DNA of 64,000 bases, from positions 20,135,273-20,199,272 of the forward strand of contig JAUZTB010000076.1 in assembly GCA_034780895.1 (NCBI GenBank), given 5' to 3'. Shown here in pieces: positions 52,130 through 64,000 of this stretch. A model generated the notes under the pieces. It was given only the letters and a program-made list of their open reading frames with translations, was not told the DNA's origin and made no database searches. The DNA is from Rhynchobatus australiae. Its lineage: Eukaryota. Position numbers and translations under genes: made by a program. Position 1 is the first letter of the stretch. Each line of letters opens with the position of its first letter.

Positions 52130-55100
52130 AAACTTGAAAGTTAAATCTGGTCTCTTAGTAATGCCAAGAAATGGGTTTACATTCATGTCTTGCTTTAGAA
52201 CATGGCTGTATTTATCTGAAAGTGAAACATGAAAAACCTGAAGCATCACCTAGGAGGTGAGGGAGGAAAAGAGTTAATAAGAGAGTCTTTGTACCAGTAA
52301 TGGTTCTGACATTTCTAGTTTTTGGTGTTCTCTCTGGGCAAGTATCTCCATCTCTATTCAATCATCCCTATACCCAAGAATACAAAATATTTTAAGTTAT
52401 TTCAGCTTTTAGCAGCAGTTTGGAAATTCATTGTTCTTTGTGTTGAGAGTCATTAGCATTTATTATATTTTTATATCTCCCTGCAGTATTAATTCATTCA
52501 TTCCATGTTTTAGGACAGTTATTTTCTAAGCTTTTGGTATGGAGCATCCTCTGTAAATATTGTTACGTTCCTAGAGACCTGTTCTTTCTTTTGAATGGAA
52601 AGCTATTCAGAGAATTTCAAAATTGCTGGTTAAAGCGCCTTAAGTGCTCAGTTTATTTTGGGCAGAAACAGCTGTGCTTACTCTCTGGTTCGCACCTCAT
52701 TTAAGTTTCTCCTTTCATTAAATCCACCACCGTATCAGTCCTTTCTTCTAGTTTGGCATTTTTTAGAGTGTTGACACGTTGCACTCTGATCTTCTTGCAC
52801 AATTTGCATTCCCACAGGTTTTTACACAGCTACTTGTTCTCACTGGAAAGGCTTCAACATTTTCTTCTCAAGACTTTTTTCAATTTCTTTTCCTTCCACC
52901 TTCATTATCTTTGTTGTGATGCAGAAAGAATTGCATTGTGTAAGTGGAGATCCTTGATATATAATGCTTGAAGAAATTTTCTCGCACTCTCTCACTGTCC
53001 ACCCGCCTCTCCCTCTTTGCCCCCTGTCCCTCTCGCACTGCCCCTCTTTCTCGTCTCTATTATGCCACCTGTATTTCCCCAATTTTCAGTCCCTGCAAAA
53101 GAAGAAAAGAAGTTGATGTCAGAAAAACTTTATATGTATGATGTTGATTTGATATGACTAGGTAGATAATGTGGATAGGCCAACTTTGCGGGGGTATGTG
53201 GTAATAGATTTATGAAGCAAAGCTAATGTTTAATGTAAAAGGCAGGATATGCTATTAACTTTGTACAAGGCATAGTTAGAAATTGCATACAATTTTGGGC
53301 ATTACATTATAAGAAAACTTTTATTTCAATTAAAAAGGCATAATGAAGATTCATAGAAATATAAGTGAGAGACTGTTTTATAAAGAAAGAAGCAGTTTTA
53401 AAAATAATTGGTGCCCTCATTCCCTTTTGGAGCTGAAACAACCCCAATAGGGATTGCAATGACTGAAAGTTTTGAGGTTCAATAGTTAATTGTGTCCATT
53501 GAACAGATTGAAATATTATGGCCTAGGTTTTGCTGGATTGGGGCTTCTTGTGACCTACCAGTTGGTGTCACTTGCATTCTACATTCAGATTCTTAAACAA
53601 TTGCCGATAAAAGTTTGTGGATGTGCAAGCTAAGAATGGTGCAGCGAGGACAATAGGGCATTTGGAGCATGGTGAAAAATATTACCAAGAAACTGTATGG
53701 TAATGAGAATAAAGGAGAGAATTAAGGATTGAAAAATAACCAGGAGAACTGAGGTGGATAATCTGGAATGTGTAAATTCAATGTCAATTCAATTAACAAA
53801 CGAGAAAGAGGTACAGAATGACTAAGAGAGAAAAGAAAGATACTTCTTTAAGGTTTAACTTATTTAATATGTTTATAACTGATTGTAACTTGNNNNNNNN
53901 NNNNNNNNNNNNNNNNNNNNNNNNNNNNNNNNNNNNNNNNNNNNNNNNNNNNNNNNNNNNNNNNNNNNNNNNNNNNNCCTCATAAAAACTAGACTGCATT
54001 CTGTGGAGAAGTTAGGGGCAGCTAATATCAACTGCATGGAACTAACAGGGATTTAGAGATGAGTTGCCACTTGTAACAATTTGCTGTATCTCTTGACAAA
54101 AATTGTTGACTGATTTTTGCATTACCGACAGCATTATTTTGTTTTAGTGAAATATAGCCCAGTGTTTCTTTGTGGATAGACTTATTTTTTGTCGTGCTCT
54201 TTAGTTATTTCCATTCTGAATAAGACACTATACTATTTGGAGGAGACCCATTATCTCCTTGATATTCCTGAATTTTCAACAGTTTTCAGCATGTATCCCT
54301 CTTGAATTAGTTTGCCATGCAACTTCCATCTCATGGATAATGTACACTTAATTACTTCATTCCATATTCTTTTCACTTAACAGCAACTATTGGATCTGGT
54401 ATTATTTTGGTTTAGCTATGAGCTATTTTATTGTTTTTTGTATTAATCTATGCTTTAAAGACATGGAATTCTTAGAAGGCTTCTGGTGAAAGCTCTTTTG
54501 TCCTGAAAAGTTAATTCTGTTTCTCTTTCCACAGATGCTGCCTGACCTCTGTTTCAGATTTCTAGCATCTGCAGTTTTTTTTTATTTTAACAAAATTCTT
54601 TGGACTGTAATACTGGTAGGAATATATTAGATTTGAGATGGGATCTTGATATCAATTATCTGGAACGTAACTAAAGCTAATTTCACATTCCAGAGACTAT
54701 TCACGTTCATTACTTTTGCAAGTTTTCTTCCTTCACTTTATCTGAGATTGTTTTACATAAGGTGTCCACTGACGGCTTGTTGTGCATCAGGGAAGTTATA
54801 CTGTGGCAATTTTTAACAAATATTAAGGAAGAGTAACTCTAATAATGTTTCCAACTTTTTGGAGAATGTAATTCAACTTTTATTTTGAATGCTAGTCATT
54901 GAACTTCAATGGGCACCGCTGACCAGCAAAAGTCTTGCCTAAAAGTGATCAAACTCCATACACTTACCACGTAGGTACAGGTGTTTGTTTTCAGGCTATA
55001 GTTGATCTTTTATCATTCAGACTGGGCAGCTCCATGGTGACCATAGAAACTGTGAAGCAAATAATGTAGTTTTATGTTTGGCTCTAAGCTGCAATATGAA

Positions 55101-57880
55101 GGTGTTTCCTGTTGTGGCAGTTTAGGTGTTCCATGACCTTCAGAAGCAGTTGACATTTTGACAAGTGTTTCCAATCAGATTTTATCACCCTGACATTGGT
55201 CTTTCCCACATTGTCACTTTCATGAAGCAGAAAATTGTTTGACCTTGATATTTCTTGAGCCAGAAACTATTCCTTGGGGGATTAAATAAACACTTGAGGC
55301 TGAGGAAGATGATTTCGGATGAGACTGTGAATGTTGCTTGCTCAAACAAAAATTAAGCACCAATGTAATTGACCAAATTGTCTGCCTCCATAGATGTAGT
55401 CTGTTGTTCTGTGCTTGCTATTTGTTATTGGGCCCATTGCTTAAAGCCATTCAACTTTGTCACTTATGAATTATTCATATAGCCACCAAAACTTACAAAA
55501 TTGTGTTCTCTTTCTAGTTTCCTTTAGGGAAAGAGACGTGTGCAACCATTTGCCAAAATAATTAATGTTTACCTTCATCTGCATATACAGCCATGCACCT
55601 ACTGGAAGCTACATATACAGACGCACTTACCTTGTATTCCCCCTCCCCCCCATTTTTCATCTTCATCTAAACAGTGGTAATAGGAGTGCTGTTGTTGACA
55701 TCAATTGTACTGGGAACAAGAATGAAACAATTGATGTTAAGTCCAATTTCAGTAGAAATATATAAATTTGAAATCCTGCAGTGTTTGTAGAAATTTGAAT
55801 TAAAATTCAAGCAACTCAGAATCATCCAAGCACTGTTAAATGCATAATAGTCATGCAGTCTGCTGGAAGAGTAGCTTATCAATGCAGTAATGTTCTGTTG
55901 TGAGTTTTGACAGCTATAAAATGTATTTAATTCACNNNNNNNNNNGTTTTGTGCCAAACATAACAAAAAAAGATTTTGTCTGTGAACCTTGGTTCCCATG
56001 CTAAGGCAAGGCTTCTGGCTTCAGTCCTTCAGACATTTCTATTATCTTGCTTCTTCAGAAGTTTGAGGATTTCTCCTGTCTGCAATTCCAGACACATTAC
56101 ATTTTTCATACCCTTCTCCCCTTCCATAAAGAAGCAGATCAAGGTTCTCATGCATTCCATAGAATGTGGAGAACACTCCAGCATAATCTTCTGGTCNNNN
56201 NNNNNNATTCATTTACCACTATAACTTTTCTATTACATTGTCAGTTTATTGATAATTATTTGTGTTCTATGGCTTATTTAATGCATAATGCGGGATGAAA
56301 TTCAGAACCTTCCTCAGGGTATGTATATTGTGAGCAGCGTCAACAATTATTGCCTAACAGTAATTGCCCTCGAGAATGTGATGATGAACCACCATCTTGA
56401 ACTGCTGCCATCCTTCAGGTGACGATCCCCATACTCACTGTTGCAGTTCCAGGATTTAGGACCAATAATATGTTTCTAAGTCGGGGTGGTACATAACTTG
56501 CAGGTTTACCAGGATGCTGCCTGGATTAGAGGGCATGTGCTAGGAGGAGAGGTTGGACAGGCCTGGGTTGTTTTCTCTGGAGCAGCAGAGGCTAAGGGGA
56601 GACCTTATAGAAGTGTATAACATTATGAGGGGCATAGATAGAGTAAACAGCTGGTATCTTTTTCACAGGGTTGAAATGTCTAATCCTAGAGGGCATGCGT
56701 TTAAGATGAGAAGGAGTAAGTTCAAAGGAGATGTGCGGGGCAAGTTTTTTAAACAGAGAGTGGTGGGTGCCTGGAATGTGTTGCCAGAGGTGGTAGTGGA
56801 GGCAAATATGATAGAGGCTTTGAGGAGGCTCTGAGAAAGGTACCTGAATATTGCAGAGAATGTAGGGATATGGACTTATGTAGGCAGAAGGGAGTGGTTT
56901 CATAGGCTTTTAATTACTAGTTTAATCAGTTCATTGGGTGCCGAAGGGTCTATTCCTGTGCTGTACGGTTCTATGTTATAACTCTCAGCCTGTGATGTTC
57001 TTGTGTACCTGCTGTCCTAGTCGTGAAAATCACAGATTAGGGAGGCACTGTCATAGAAATCTTGGAAGGTAGCTTGCTACATGTTATAGATGGTAATGTA
57101 GCTACTGTGCACCTGTGATGGAGGGACTGAATATTTCTATGGTTAATGACATGCCAATCAAATGGACTACTTTGTCCCAGCCAGTGTTAGGTTTTTTTAA
57201 GTGCTTTTAGAGCTAAACACATTTAGATAAATAGCGAATGTTCCATCACCCTTTTGACTTTTGCCTCATGAATGGTGGAAAGGCTTTGGGGTATTGAGAG
57301 ATGAGTCATTTGCTGCAGAATACCCAGTCTCTGACCTGTTCTTGAAGTCCTATTAGCATTCCAGCTAGGTTAGTTGAATTTTTGGTCACTGTTGACCCTT
57401 TCCTACATCCACCCTCTCCACAAGAAGCTTGATGGTAGCAATGATAAGGAATATGTAGTTAGTCTCTCCTGTTGGAGGTGGTATTGCTGGAACTAGACTT
57501 ATTGCAGTAAATTGTGAGGAGCTAATTTTTAATTTAAAATTTTCTTCTGTTTTAATAGTGAAATTAATAGTTAACAGAATTTGTAAAGTGATGCTGTCAG
57601 TTTCTACTTAAGTGTTATCATTTCTAAAGAATTAAAGTAAATATTATTAATGAACAAATTCAACTTGCAAAGTGGTGGAGAAACTCATGATCAAAAATGC
57701 TTACTTGCTGGTCCATTTAAATTTGTTTTACTCAGATTTATTAAAGCTGCTAAGTGAATATATCTGAGTGGGCAGTTGCAACTTGGATCTTTTCCCGACT
57801 AGTTGAGATTTCATTACCATTGTGTATGCAAGTGTAATACCATAATTATAACTGCTATTTCCTTATAGTTTCATATTTTG
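52130..57880 (-). pseudogene. Unit 2: bornavirus-like L polymerase including a decayed RdRp core
   Basis: EISTSRE ~57.8k (QVSYSRE), ARSLALAWEPRF ~56.0k (ARELGRWSPAF), FNPP ~55.28k, CQGDK ~55.19k (motif C GQGDN), LFLNIC*KL ~54.82k (LFPNLYSKL), MQKS (FQKS), LFQLQKG ~53.43k (RFLLEKG), KPV ~52.82k, SLSDKYSHVL ~52.2k (ALMDNYSFVM). All colinear. Confidence 0.8.
56500..56980 (+). mobile_element. CR1 3' fragment
   Basis: ORF 56553-56834 GLFSLEQQRLRGDLIEVYNIMRGIDRV..RGKFFKQRVVGAWNVLPEVVVEA. Confidence 0.9.
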
Positions 57881-57884
57881 TTAC

Positions 57885-58895
57885 AATGAGGCCATTCAGC
57901 CCATCTGTCCCATTCCCCCATGTATTTTCCTGTAATATATTCACTCTCACATGGCAATCAATTTGAGCCTGATTCTCATACTGCCCACCTACATGCGGGA
58001 TAATTTATATTAACCAGTAAACCTACCAACCTGTTATAATGTACAAAGAAAGCAAAAAATAGGAAGGATTAATATTGCTATACCATTAGTATGAGAGTCT
58101 CAACCTCCACAACCCTCTGGCAGTGCATTCCAAATTCCAGCTACTCTTTGGTGAAAGAATTCTTCCTTATGCCCTCTAATTTACTTACTCCTTAAACCTG
58201 TGCCCTCTGTTACAAACATCTCTGCTGTGGAGAACAGCTTACTATTATCTATGCCCGTCATAACTTTGTACATTTCTATAGGGTTCCCCCTCTGGCTTCT
58301 GTACTCCAAGGAAAACAAACCCAGCCTATCCAGTCCTCCTTATAACTGAGGCACTCAATCCCAAGCAACATAGAGTCATAGAGTTGTACAGCATAGAAAT
58401 GGGCCCTTTGGCCCACCGCATCTATGCTGATCATCATGCCTATCTATACTAATCCTTCATTAATTCCAAATCCTTCTGTGCCTTGCTCATTCAGGTACCT
58501 GTCCAGATGCCTTTTAAATTTTGTTACAGTTCCTGCCTCCACCACCACCGTTGGCAGCTTATTTCAGATACTAACTACTCTTTGTGTGAAGAACTTGTCC
58601 TTCTCATCCCCTGTGAACTTCCTCTCACCTTAAACCTATGCTCTCCCAGTTTTAGACATCCCTTACCACGGGAAGCAAACTCTGGCTATCTACCCTAATT
58701 TTGTATCATGATTTTATGTACCTCCTATCATGTTACTCTAGGCTTCCTTTGCTCCAGGGAAAACAGACAGAGTCTATTGTCTCTCCTTATAACCTAAGCC
58801 CTCCAATCCAGGCACCTTCCTTGTGAATCTTTTCTGCACCCTCTCTTGATTTGTGGTGACCAATACTGTATGCAATACTCCATGTGCTGTCTAAC
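57885..58895 (-). mobile_element. Cluster of minus-strand SINE/CR1 3' fragments
   Basis: Repeated reverse-complement CR1 tails (catagagttgtacagcatagaaatgggccct.., ctctttgtgtgaagaacttg). Confidence 0.8.
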
Positions 58896-59169
58896 AAATA
58901 TTCTCCCCTTGTTTCAGAGCCTGAAGTTTAATTTTTGTTTAACATTCCTTTGTTAATATGACTTAATTATTTCCAAGAAGGAATTTTGCCTGACACGGAT
59001 CTCATTGCATTGATTTTTTAGTTTGTTATACCTCCATCAATACTTAGATTTTAATGTTTTTTTGGTTATTTATTTTGTTTATGTTTTTGATAACTGGCCC
59101 TATGTGTATTCATTGGTATCAGATTTCATTCAGGAGTTTCTTTTTTTTAAAAATGATATGCAACCTCAT

Positions 59170-60470
59170 TGAATTGCAGTAAATTATAGATCAAAAAACC
59201 AACTGGTACCTCAGATGTGTGGATACAAACACTGAAGAATGGGTACTAACATACTTGGCTGTAAAGTCATCTCAAGTGTCTGTCCCTAGGCAATGGAAAG
59301 GATAGTAGTTCTGACCTGCTTTCTATTCAATATCAGAAAAATTGCTAGTCTGTTTTCTCACTTGACATATTCTCCAATTTCGTCACTACCAAAGTTGGAC
59401 AATGAGTATTCAGCCTCTGAAGCTAGTGTGGTTGACAGACTATTTGCACGATTTATTATGTGTTAATTGATTGAATGTCCAAGTTACATCTAAATTTTTA
59501 TTGATTGCAAATACATACAGTGAGATCAACAATGTCTGTAACTTATACTGCTGCAATCATAATAGATGACCAACAATCAAATGTTTCCAGTGATGAAATA
59601 TGGAGTAAAATACTTTTAACTATTGTGATGTTTAGGAGTTGTTTCTTTTTGTATTTAATCCCTAAGCTAAACTAATTAAAAATGAGGCAAAGAGGAGGAG
59701 CTGCATGTTTTAATAAAAAAGTGTTTTTGAAAATACTGAGCAGTTACATTCCAGAGGGAGCCTATTAGATGTTAGATGCAATATTGTCATAGAGTTGTAC
59801 AGCATAGAAATGGGCCCTTCAGCTACATGGCCATGCCAATCTTTCTGCCCATCTACACTGATCCCATTTTCATGCATTAACTCCTTATCATTCTACACCT
59901 TGCCTATTATGCCTATAAATTGCTCTTCAACCATGTTACAGAAGAGGTCGTCTTCCCAAGAAGCCACCTGTATTGCAGTTTTCCATAAAGCAAAGACACA
60001 TCATCTGCACGTGTATCGAGAAATGTGAGTTGGACAAAAGAATGAATCATTTTCTGAGGCTGTGTTGCCCTGGTACATCTCCATATCAATAAAAGTATGT
60101 ACTAACAGGGTGCAGAAACATTTATATGAACTCGATCTGTTGACTGTAAGGATGGAAAAGAGGTGAAAAGGGAGTAGCATTTAATTGATGTATATGTTCA
60201 CGTAACTTTCACACTGTATTTTTGAAAGATTAAACACTTATTTATTGAAGTCCTGGACTATTCATTTTCATCTGAAAAGCACAAGGGAACTTTCAGAATT
60301 TATCCCCAGATTAAGTATCCTTTTAAAAATAATTTCTACTTCTGTCACAATATTCCCCAAAGGAACTGAATCCAGTGAGGAAAATGAGAATACAAAACTC
60401 CTTATCTTTCTTTGTCGTTTGAATTGTTGATCCCAGTAGTATAGTCAGTCAGCTTTGGGTCAAATTAGCC
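59170..60470 (-). pseudogene. Unit 2: bornavirus G-like glycoprotein directly after N (Vp1-like position)
   Basis: IQCESYVN (ISCEVSYLN), NTASENDSFFC (NNSAPEDPFEC), ISRYTCR (ITTEICR), IQVASWEDDLFCNM (VAVQTFPPFMYCSF), KLQTLLISLY (ILQSLLLGVF), NHTSFRG (NHPDIIG), NYYP (TYYP). A CR1 3' fragment is inserted at about 59787-59915. Confidence 0.7.
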
Positions 60471-60539
60471 TTTAATCTCATAGGAGTAGAGTATTTTCTT
60501 GTTTCACTAATGGTCTCAGTAACTAACATGTGGCTAGTT

Positions 60540-61806
60540 TTACTCTTCAGATGAATTATGAGGATTTTGAACAAAGAGAACTGCATTAGTGATGTTTGGG
60601 GAAGTTTTCCGGTCATCCTCCTCTATCCTGCTGAGGTTGCCAGTTATAAGACTCAAAACTTGAGTTGCTTTAAAAGTTTCTGTGGTGCTAAGTATTAGCA
60701 TAAGCATATGGCAGAGGTTCTCCTCTGGATCTGATCTGAATCTCAGTTACAAAACAATTCCACTGATTGAAGTTGCAAGTTCAAGAAGTTCCCCTTCCAC
60801 AAAAACCTGAAACTTTCCCAGCTGACCAGCTTCTGTGGCTGTTTATCCTCATGATGTTTTCCCATTAGAGAAGTTTTGAATTCTGTTATATTTTCTTCTG
60901 AGCACCCCTTGGAGAAACAGTAACCCTATGCAGACAATCTGGGTGCTTGTTTATTCATTGAAAAGATGGAATTACTCCAAGCAGATATAATACTGAGTAT
61001 CTGGAGCCAATTCTGAAGTCACATGGTTCAGTAAAAGTGCAACCATTTCTGATGCTATATCATAAAACTGAAATGGATCATTCATATACATCTGTGACTG
61101 ACAGGGGTCCAGGATGTATTGTATGAAATAGGACACTGAATGTAAAGGGTCTTCTGGCTCATTTTAAAGTTCACATTCACTGTACCTCTTCTACAAAAAT
61201 GCATGATTTTGACCCAGCTCAGTCTAGTAGAAATGTCCACTATTCTCAGCTTCCAAAAGAAAAACTCCCAGGCGCTGCATTCAAAGTATTCCTTCCAATC
61301 CAATCAGTGAAGAGTTCATTTCAGCAAGCTGCCTTCAGTGAATTTTTTTCTTTCCTAAGCACACAGAAAAAGATATAACTGTAAATAAAGCTACTTACTG
61401 CAGATTAGTCATACAGCCTGACAAAGGAATCCGTGACTCAGTGGAAGATTTCAGTTCAATGTGTCAAAACAACACTATTCTCTTCTCCATATCCTGCAAC
61501 CCCAACTGATTAAAGGTGTTATTTAAGCTCTCTCAGCTGGTTTCATTCTCTCAGTGGTTCACCTTACTTCTAACTTTATTTCTTCAGTTGTAGCCAGTCC
61601 TTTATCTAATAAGGCCACACACCTTCATAAAGTCAGAAATACAACTCAAACATCAAACACAATATTCCAGTGCATTTCCAAGTCACTTTCTGTTGTCCTA
61701 CCAAGAAAGTCTGTTGAAGATACACAAGCTTTATGACTGATTTGAGGCTGCTTAATCTTCAGAGTAAAAATTGGTCCACCTATCTTTGACTTTACTGAGC
61801 TGCCAT
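60540..61806 (-). pseudogene. Unit 2: bornavirus-like nucleoprotein N (EBLN), decayed
   Basis: About 420 codons with many stops and a few frameshifts, starting MAAQ. Matches: KQPQISHK (PHPGIGHEK), VVFLTL (LVFLCL), DIASEM (VVAYEI), TATEAGQLGKF (SVKETQLARY), LELATSISGIVL (AELSGEISAIMR). Confidence 0.7.
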
Positions 61807-61829
61807 TCTAAAACTTTACATGTCTCTCT

Positions 61830-63500
61830 ATACCAATCTCAAGTTTCGAATAACAAGGGGTTCAAATTCCTTGTCTGCTGATGCAGTCATAGGATCCATG
61901 ACAATCGCAAAGGCAGATTCAAGACAATGCTATTGATAAACTATGAGATAGGCTTTTGCATGTGATGGGGATCTGGGGACTAGTATGGTAGGGAATGGGT
62001 GAGTCCAATTTTCACCGTGGTGGAAGATGGATGGCAACAGATCAACTAATTCTTGTTCACACACAAGATACGATTTTTCTTTCTGTTGAATAGAAGTAGC
62101 TGATCTATTACTTCATCAAGCCTGAATTTCACTATCAAGTTATCCAAGTCATTGGGACTGTCACATAACAGAAAGCTTTGGAAGCTTTTTTAAAGTTTTA
62201 GCTTCAATCCTGTGCCATGTCATGGGTTGGGAGGTGTGAATCCACTGAGCCATCAGTAATGCAATATCTCCTCATGCCCAAACATTGACCTGCAATCCTG
62301 AATGCAGAATCCTGTCCTGCAAGATCACTGGAAAGCAAGGAGACACAAGAAATTCTGCAGTTGCTGGAGTCTGAAGCAATACACAAAAAGTGCTGGAGGA
62401 ACTCAGCAGGTCAGGCAGCATCCATAGAGGGAAATAAACTGTTAACATTTTGGGCTGAGACCCTTCATCAGGACTGGAAAGGAAGAGGGCAGAAGCCGGA
62501 ATAAGAAGGTGGTGGGAGAGGGAGGAGCACACGCAGGCAGGTGATAGGCGAGTTCAGGTGAGGCGAGTCCTGGTGAGAGGGTATAGTAGGTGGTTGGGGA
62601 AGGGGGAAGAAGATGTAATAGGCTGTGAAGTGATAGATATAGGAGGCAAAGGGCTGAAGTAGAAGGAATCCGGTAGGAGAGGGCAGTGGATCGTGGAATA
62701 AAGGATGGAGGAGGGGAGGAGAGGAGATGGGCAGGTCATCATGGCAGGGGAAGGGAGCCACAGGAATAAGGGAAGACAAAGGAGTGGGGTGTGGGGAGAA
62801 AAGTTAGAGAAATCAATACTGAGGCCATCAAGTTGGAGGCTCCCAAGGTGGAATATGAGGTGTTGTTCCAACCTGCATCTGGTCTCAACATGGCAGTAGA
62901 GGATGCCATGGATAGACATTGAAGGAACCTGTCAGATTTCTCCTCCTCAAAAGTCTCTGAGGATTGTTATCATAGATGGTTGGACACCTGGACAGGAGTG
63001 TATTCTGGACAAGAAGGACNNNNNNNNNNNNNNNNNNNNNNNNNNNNNNNNNNNNNNNNNNNNNNNNNNNNNNNNNNNNNNNNNNNNNNNNNNNNNNNNN
63101 NNNNNNNNNNNNNNNNNNNCTCCCATATGGCACATCACTTGTCTTACCATCCTAAATATGTATTAATAAATCATCATGTCATAGAAAGAAACTGCAAACA
63201 GTATCTTAGAATTTAGATAACAATATTGTTCACTCTCATAGTATAAACTAAATTTATGGAGACACATAGTGTCTGGAGAATTTGGAGGAGTCTATTTTTG
63301 TTGCTTCTGTTATTTTAGTTCATTGAATGTGGCTTTTACTGACCACCTTCCATATTGCATGCTTCAAAATACAGTATTAACTGCTTATGTTGCAAGTAAA
63401 AAGTGACCACAAATGACCAGAGAAACTATTCCTTCCAGTATAGGCCTGACAGTAACAGGAAGAAAAGAGCAAACTTTACTTTTTGTACAATACCTAAAGA
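61830..63500 (-). pseudogene. Unit 1: bornavirus-like L polymerase, C-terminal region (unit probably continues beyond the window)
   Basis: Fragments PGVQPSM (BoDV-1 L PTVDPAV), NNPQRLLRRRNLTGS (GDPAYYERLLEMDLCGA), CEQELVDL (LDSELVDI) and AFAIVMD..KEFEPLVI (NYSFVMD..EEFDELLV) occur in colinear order. Split by a Penelope insert and an N-gap. Confidence 0.6.
62340..62920 (-). mobile_element. Penelope-like element 3' region inserted in unit-1 L
   Basis: Minus ORF SIHGILYCHVETRCRLEQHLIFHLGSLQLDGLSIDFSNF plus the tgatgaagggtctc..gatgctgcctgacctgctgagttcctccagc terminus. Confidence 0.85.
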
Positions 63501-64000
63501 ATTTCAAATCAACAACATTCTTGAGTGTAATGTTCAGAAGCAATCAGTGAAAAGATGAATGACCAGAAAAGCCATGTGGTGGCATTGATTGAGATATAAA
63601 TGCCAGTCAGAATAATTACCTTGCTTTTTTTTAACCAGTGCTTTTTGCATCCCCCTGTAGCATCGATAGAACCTTGATTTTAAAGTCTGATTTTAAAGAT
63701 GGTACTTCCCCAATTTCCACTGAAGTGGCATTCTAGATTAAGATTTCTGACTCAGTTGAAGTAGACCTTTGTGGTTTCTATGTTAATTCTGCATCTTAAA
63801 TAGATATTTTTGATATCTTTATCTTTGTATTTGTAATTAGATTAGAAGCAATTGTTTGAAATGACATCAAAAATAATGTTGTTAGTTGATGATTATAGTG
63901 CATATCAGTATGTGATGCAGGTTAGTGATTGGGTTATTGATTGTATCTGTGCTGTATTGCTCTATTGGATTACTTTTATTTTGAGTGATTACTTGACATT

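Larger units (their letters stand above)
27560..63500 (-). other. Tandem array of endogenous bornavirus-like elements (at least 4 genome-like units) inside an ST3GAL3 intron
   Basis: Colinear minus-strand decayed ORFs with motif-level similarity to bornaviral N, X/P, G, M and L recur across about 36 kb, interrupted by younger TEs. See the component features. Confidence 0.85.

Noticed and set aside
55560-55800. Extra M gene (FILVPSTIDVN resembles the unit-3 M)
   Set aside because: It sits colinearly between L domains, and flanking residues match the L pre-motif-A region. Judged a chance match.
60540-61000. Filovirus-like NP (ATEA motif)
   Set aside because: Bornavirus N matches better over more motifs, and neighbouring genes are bornavirus-like.
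1-64000. Remaining short ORFs in the six-frame track; CRISPR, tRNA or rRNA genes
   Set aside because: The ORFs are chance frames, TE fragments or span N-gaps. tRNA-like boxes belong to SINE heads. No repeat-spacer array seen.

Overview
Vertebrate genomic DNA, very probably a cartilaginous fish (elasmobranch-type CR1 LINEs, tRNA-derived V-SINEs, Penelope remnants, scaffold N-gaps). The window is intronic sequence of a + strand ST3GAL3 sialyltransferase gene; two coding exons are visible (18162-18204 and 27457-27549). The main result is that the intron after the second exon (about 27.56 kb to at least 63.5 kb) is filled with heavily decayed minus-strand reading frames resembling bornavirus N, X/P, G, M and L. 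They form at least four head-to-tail genome-like units. The best-preserved unit (about 52.1 to 34.3 kb) has the order N - G-like - G-like - (unknown) - X/P - G - M - L, the N-Vp1-Vp2-X/P-G-M-L architecture I recall for little skate bornavirus. All viral frames carry many stops, frameshifts, deletions and later TE insertions. Viral assignments come from hand translation and comparison with recalled Borna disease virus 1 (BoDV-1) protein sequences, not computed alignments. Boundaries are approximate (tens to about 100 nt).
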